Origin: Coniocarpon cinnabarinum
Taxonomy: Eukaryota
NCBI GenBank assembly: GCA_051942205.1
Contig: JAVECO010000057.1
Location: forward strand, 1-64,000
Reading direction: 5' to 3'
Length of the DNA stretch: 64,000 bases
This document shows, piece by piece, positions 59,067-64,000 of the stretch. Position 1 is the first letter of the stretch. Every line of letters starts with the position of its first letter. The notes under the pieces are model-generated. The model had not been told where the DNA came from and did not search any database. It saw only the letters and a list, made by a program, of their open reading frames with translations. A program made the position numbers and the translations under genes.

Positions 59067-60599
59067 CTGGATGTCATCTTGAATTAATGAGCTATCATCA
59101 TAGCGAGATTCATGTCCATCACACCTTGTAAGCGGTTCCAGTTATTCTTCCGACGTTTTGCGACATTTTCTCCAGGTCTACGGACACGAACTACCAGCGT
59201 CTCTGGCCCGTCCGGATTCGTCCGGTTCTGGTCAACTAAATGAATTATGTAGCGAATCCTGTACAGGTAATTGAAGAAAAGTTGAGACTGTTTCCAAACC
59301 AATGGCGGGGCAGAAGGCTACAGCGGCCGGTCTTTAAAAATGACGGGTACATTCTGATGTCTTTCCACGACATTGGACGCGGGCCATGGTCACCACATCT
59401 TCGCATGAGCCGGACATAGAAACTTATTTTGCGTCTTCAGACTTGCCTTCACTCCACCAATGGGAGGGAGGGGTATCGACAAAGAAGAGGCCACGACTTT
59501 TCCATTTCTGCATGTGAGTGCACGCTCATGCAGGCTCTTATTCATAGGGACCAATAGATCGCTTCAGCAACTTCGCCTTCCCGTCCTAGAACCGTGCAGA
59601 CGCCTCGGCAAATCGCAGCTCAGCCACACGCCGCCTACAGGCGTCCGACATTTCGCGAACGAGTATTTTGACAGCAGGATAGTGTTTTGATTGACATGCG
59701 GCGATTGATGTTGCTCACACCATGTCTAGCGCATACGGAGTATTCTTGCTGACGATGCGCTTGACGATTAGCTCACGGCAAGGCTTCACCACAACCTGAA
59801 AGTGCGCAAAGGATATCTGAGAGGCTGCAAGTAGACAGAAAGCATCTAGAGCCGGCCGGGCCGCGGCAAGGTCATCAGGACTCAAAAGCAAGCGCGGGAA
59901 GGTCAGACACCTGGGGCACAGGGGGTTTCCTCCAGGGGCAGGTCCATAGCGAGGCGAATGCAAGTGTGGCGGCTCGAAGGAAGGTGAAATGAGCGAGTGT
60001 GCCAGCCGCTACGAAGCCACGTGATGCACGACATGCCGTCCAAGGATGGGTCGCAACGCGTCCTGCATGCGCCTTGGCTGGAAACGCTTCACAGGAGACG
60101 TAGAGCTGGAATTCACTCGAACAATCGACTTGAGAATCAGACTCTGCAGAAAGGCAAAAGTGTTTCCGAAAATAAAGGTAACATTTGCGCTGCAGCCTTC
60201 GCGCCACGATTTCTGTTACCAAACCCGTCACGTGCACATCATGCACCTGTAGCTATGACTCGATCGACTCAACTTCCTGATGCCTTCCATTCTCCTGCAA
60301 TGTACTACGCCTCATGCACCTGCAGGAGGACCGCAAGCTTCCAGGAGCGACCCGCGTTCAACAGCCGGCATGTCCTTCTCCTCCTCTAGGCATGCGGCGC
60401 AAGGCGTCGCCAGTTCCAACCACGAATCGTCATACTTCTGACCCGGCGAGACGTTCGTGTGTGCGTGTGAGAGAGAGTGTGTGTCTAAAATTCAAGGCGA
60501 CCACCTACACCCAGATTTTCCAGCGACGCTCCTGTTCCATCTTTCCTTGGCTGTCGTCCAAGACTTTTTGACCACTACGCCGCCTATACTGTCCCCAGC

Positions 60600-61996
60600 A
60601 TGACTGATGCACATCTACCTGTCTCAGCCAGCAGCGGGCGTCCGATTCTACTCCTCGCCACTCAGGTCCTCATGACAGGTACCACGCTTGCCTTCACTCA
60701 TAGTCCATCTCAACTCCGCCGTGCAATGCTCCCCTTAGTCATCCTCTGTGCCGCAGCAGTAATACATGACCTGCGTTCTGGGCCCACAGTTCCCCCCAAA
60801 TGGACGGGCTCGGTTTCTGGATCCAGTATCATCATGCTCCTTCAGCATGTTGATCTTGCTCATCTGAACCCACGAGCTTATGTCCCCGAGGACAAACACG
60901 CGATTCGTCACTACCGTAAGGCTCCGGCTTTGCAGAATGTTCCCTCCACCATCAAGAGGCTCCTGTATGGTTTACGCGAGACGATCTCCTTCCGTCACAT
61001 CGGCACTTCAGAGCAGGTCAAGAACGTGCCACCTTTTTGTACCCGAATTCCCGATTATGTGCCTTCCAGGCGCAAGTTTTTGTTGCAAGCCCTTATCCGA
61101 ATCATGCTTTGCGCTCTCTTCATCGACGCTACGGATACTTTTGCGCCCCATCCCAACGAGACTCTTCGTGCTTTCTCACCAGACAAGATTCCTTTACTCA
61201 CTAGACCGGGAAACATATCGTTAGAAGCTTTCGGAGCGAGGTTCGGCTCGACGGTCGGCTTTCTCGCCACCATCTACTGCGTCGCGCACTTGACATGGTA
61301 TCCATTTGCTATGGCCGCTGTCATGACAGGGTTGGACAGTCCCAGCTCTTGGCCACCGCTCTTTGACTCTCCTCTCGAAGCTTGGTCTGTTCGGCTTTTC
61401 TGGGGGTGAGTCCCTCCTTTGCGTTTTTTTTTTGTCAACGAATGTGTACCGTATAACGGCAATTCGGAATTCTTGTCACATTTGCCGTTTTAGTGCGTCA
61501 TGGTTTTCGCAATGACTGACATCGATGAAGGAGATTTTGGCATCAAAATATGCGTCGCCCGTTCTGCAGCTCAGCAACAGTTCTCGTCCATCAGCTCCTC
61601 CAATTGCGCCAAGGCTCTTCTGTTGCCCGATACGCGCATCTGATGTGCGTCTTTCTGCTTTCAGGCACGCTCCATACTTTGGCCCACATCGCCGGTGCAC
61701 TGCCGCTTTCTGCTGCGCTCGGGGCTCTTCAATTTTTCCTCACGCAGGGCCTCGGGATCATGTTCGAAGACGGGATCGTCGCAGTGTACAAGCAATGGCA
61801 AACGGGGCCAAAGCGGGATCGAAGCTCCGGTAGGCGACAGGTGGCAGAGAGCGTGGTCGGGTACCTGTGGGTTTTGGCGTTCCTGTGCTGGTCAACGCCC
61901 GTGTGGCTTTACAACGTGCTTCCATACGCGCCGAGCGAGCCCTTCCTTCCGTTCAGTGTCTTGGGAATCTTTCTTCCCATCCAAGATAGATCCTGA
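60600..61996 (+). CDS. Membrane-bound O-acyltransferase, TRI7/wax-synthase (MBOAT_2) type
   Basis: Exons 60600-61405 and 61531-61996. RHIGTSEQVKNVPPF..YVPSR, WPPLFDSPLEAWSVRLFWG|RFWHQNMRR, FLLSGTLH, FFLTQGLGIMFED and VGYLWV. Confidence 0.9.
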
Positions 61997-62113
61997 TGCC
62001 GCGCACAGAGTCTCGCACTGGTTTCGCATCTGTTGACGTTTCTGGAGAGACTCATCAGTCGGAACATTGAGCATTGCGCATAGTACTAGACACGTATTAG
62101 ATAACTTCTTATC

Positions 62114-63633
62114 TCATGCCTTCACGAGAATGCGCAGGCCAGTCTTCCTAACCCTAGCACAGATCAGCGCAGCGAGCCCGCAAAGTATTGCTACTCCGCA
62201 GAAGCACTGCAGCTGAAGATATCCAAGACGTAAAAGGGCACCAGCAATCGGATTTCCAATGAGCAAGCCGCAAGACATTCCTATTGCATTCATCGCTTGC
62301 CGTGTGCCGAGCTTCTCGAGGCTCGGACAGATTGATGCCGTCACTGGCGTAATCAGTGCTTGTATGGATCCTGAGAAGACACCGTAAAGGACCGAGACTG
62401 CGACCAGGGCAGTGCCGGAATCGACAGATGTCCATGCAAAGCTGAGAGTGCCAGCGGCCACCAGACTTGGAATGACTGTGTTCATCGGGCCGATGATGTC
62501 GGCCTCATAACCTGTGATCTGTTCTGTTGTCAGAGCTCATCCCCGGCTCGTCAGTATCATATGTTACTTACGATTCTTCCGAAGAAGGACCCCGCATTGA
62601 TGATCGCTTGCAGAACGAGTCCTACGTGTCGCGGGAGCAGGCCAGTCTGCAAGCTATAGAGTTGAAGGTAGAAAAAGGGTATGTAAAGTCCGACAAACGT
62701 CAGGAAGCATGACAGAGTCCAAAGAGCAAAAGCGACGTCACGCATTGATTCCATATCGACCAGTTTCCGGGTGTGCGCAGGCTTGAATCGTTGTCGCATG
62801 CATAATATCGGCAACATCTGACTGATGAGTATGACAAGCGCGGTTGCTCTTGCTGTCCAAGCAAAACCGATGCGTGGCTGAAGGGAGTAGAACATGCAGG
62901 TGTATGTGATGGCGCCTGAGGTCAGAGCCATTAATTCAGGTCGAGGCGCATAGGAGGAGATCAAACAGACCTAGAGCACTGCCAGCCGCAACGATGCCCA
63001 TAGCAAATGCCCTTCTTCGCGAAAAATACGTTGGCACGATACCCTATCGACTCGCAGTCAGCATTCACTCTGACACCGAGCTCTTTTCAGATATTTCGAG
63101 CACGTACCACACTTGGCATGAACAAGCAACCTTCACCGAGGCCAGTTGCTACTCCCTGCGCCAAGAGGATTTGCCAGTATGTTGTACAGAAGCTGGTTGT
63201 CAATGTGCCCAGACATATCAAGCCGCTACCAGTCAACATGAGACTTCGCAGGTAACCCAGATCCAAGAGCGGGCCAGCAGCGCAGCTTCCGAACATGAGG
63301 AGAAAGGCTTGTAGTGAACCGATCCATGATATTTGAGAAGATGAGTTGTCACGCAGGTACTCAGTCTCATAGAATGACTGAAACACACCTGCCAAGCGTG
63401 AGCAAAACCGATTATCAAGCACTGCAATGTTGTGTCTGGGACATACCAAAAGCATTGACGAGGCCCCACGTGTTGAAATACATCACGAATGCTCCAGCCA
63501 CCTGCAACCACGCCTCGCGACCGCCATCCGGAAATTTACCTGAGGTCACTTGTCGGCGCTCCTTGTGCAGCGGCGCCGACGAGTCAGCTTGGTGTTTTGT
63601 CATTGAAATTACGTGTATCACCGGCGCAGACAT
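62114..63633 (-). CDS. MFS transporter, monocarboxylate porter (MCH/Mch5-like) family
   Basis: FPDGGREAWLQVAGAF..TWGLVNAFG, QISWIGSLQ, LAQGVATGLGEGCLFMPS, GLYIPFFY, NAGSFFGRI and GLLIGNPIAGALL. Several introns. Confidence 0.9.
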
Positions 63634-64000
63634 TGCAAAGCTGAGCAATGCATAAAAATAAAGTGTGGTGCTTGTAATGCTGTTAAGTGTTCTAAGTTTG
63701 AAGTTTTTTTATTTTTTGTTTTTCTTTTCTGGAGGGGCAATAGGGCCAATGAGAGTGTGCATGACATGAAAATGCGCACGCATGGATATTTCATTTTGAG
63801 TGGGTGTCATGCCGCGCCGGCAGATCCCTCAAGGCAGACACGGGGCAGACACGGGGCAACTGAAACTAGGAATCCTTCAACGTTTCCGACGGATCCGTTG
63901 TGCCGCATGCGGATAGACAGACAAGGGGTCGTCGTGCCACATGACGATTGCGACCGTTCTTCATGCCTCCCCCAGCAAAGCCTTTTGAGGCTGATGAGGT

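Noticed and set aside
61405..61533. Possible [D1,2] spliceosomal twin intron in the MBOAT gene (G|GTGAGT..TTTTAG|TGCGT would recreate donor GTGCGT)
   Set aside because: Two-step excision from 61405 puts RFWHQ out of frame with either available AG. A single intron 61406-61530 keeps the frame.
1..64000. tRNA, 5S rRNA, snRNA or intact transposon
   Set aside because: None recognised by eye. A tRNAscan-SE, Infernal or RepeatMasker run would be needed to exclude them.

Overview
Eukaryotic, intron-rich DNA (GT-AG introns with CTRAC/CTAAT branch sites) from a filamentous ascomycete (Pezizomycotina; the taxon cannot be fixed from this window). Layout from left to right: (1) 1-8.5 kb housekeeping genes: ASH1-type SET histone methyltransferase (runs off the left edge), ERF2-type DHHC palmitoyltransferase, NDUFA4/MLRQ-like mitochondrial subunit and a small LEA-like protein. 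(2) About 8.6-23.3 kb, gene-poor, with several spliced micro-genes, a tandem duplication and decayed ORFs. (3) 23.4-34.7 kb conserved core: Rsm22, casein kinase I and the kelch cell-end marker TeaA/Kel1. (4) 36-44 kb: CE16/GDSL esterase, SDR, an unnamed HxHF/CxxxxC-HxH protein and a GPI-type wall protein. (5) 46.6-63.6 kb accessory block: secreted lipase, two PTH11-like receptors, lactonase, TRI7-like MBOAT acyltransferase and MFS transporter, which may be the edge of a secondary-metabolite cluster. The most striking locus is the unnamed gene at 38939-40507. It carries two intact, tandemly duplicated 3' exon cassettes that would give alternative Cys/His-motif C-termini, and its first intron looks like two introns joined by a zero-length exon (recursive splicing). 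All gene models were spliced by eye and no database searches were run.
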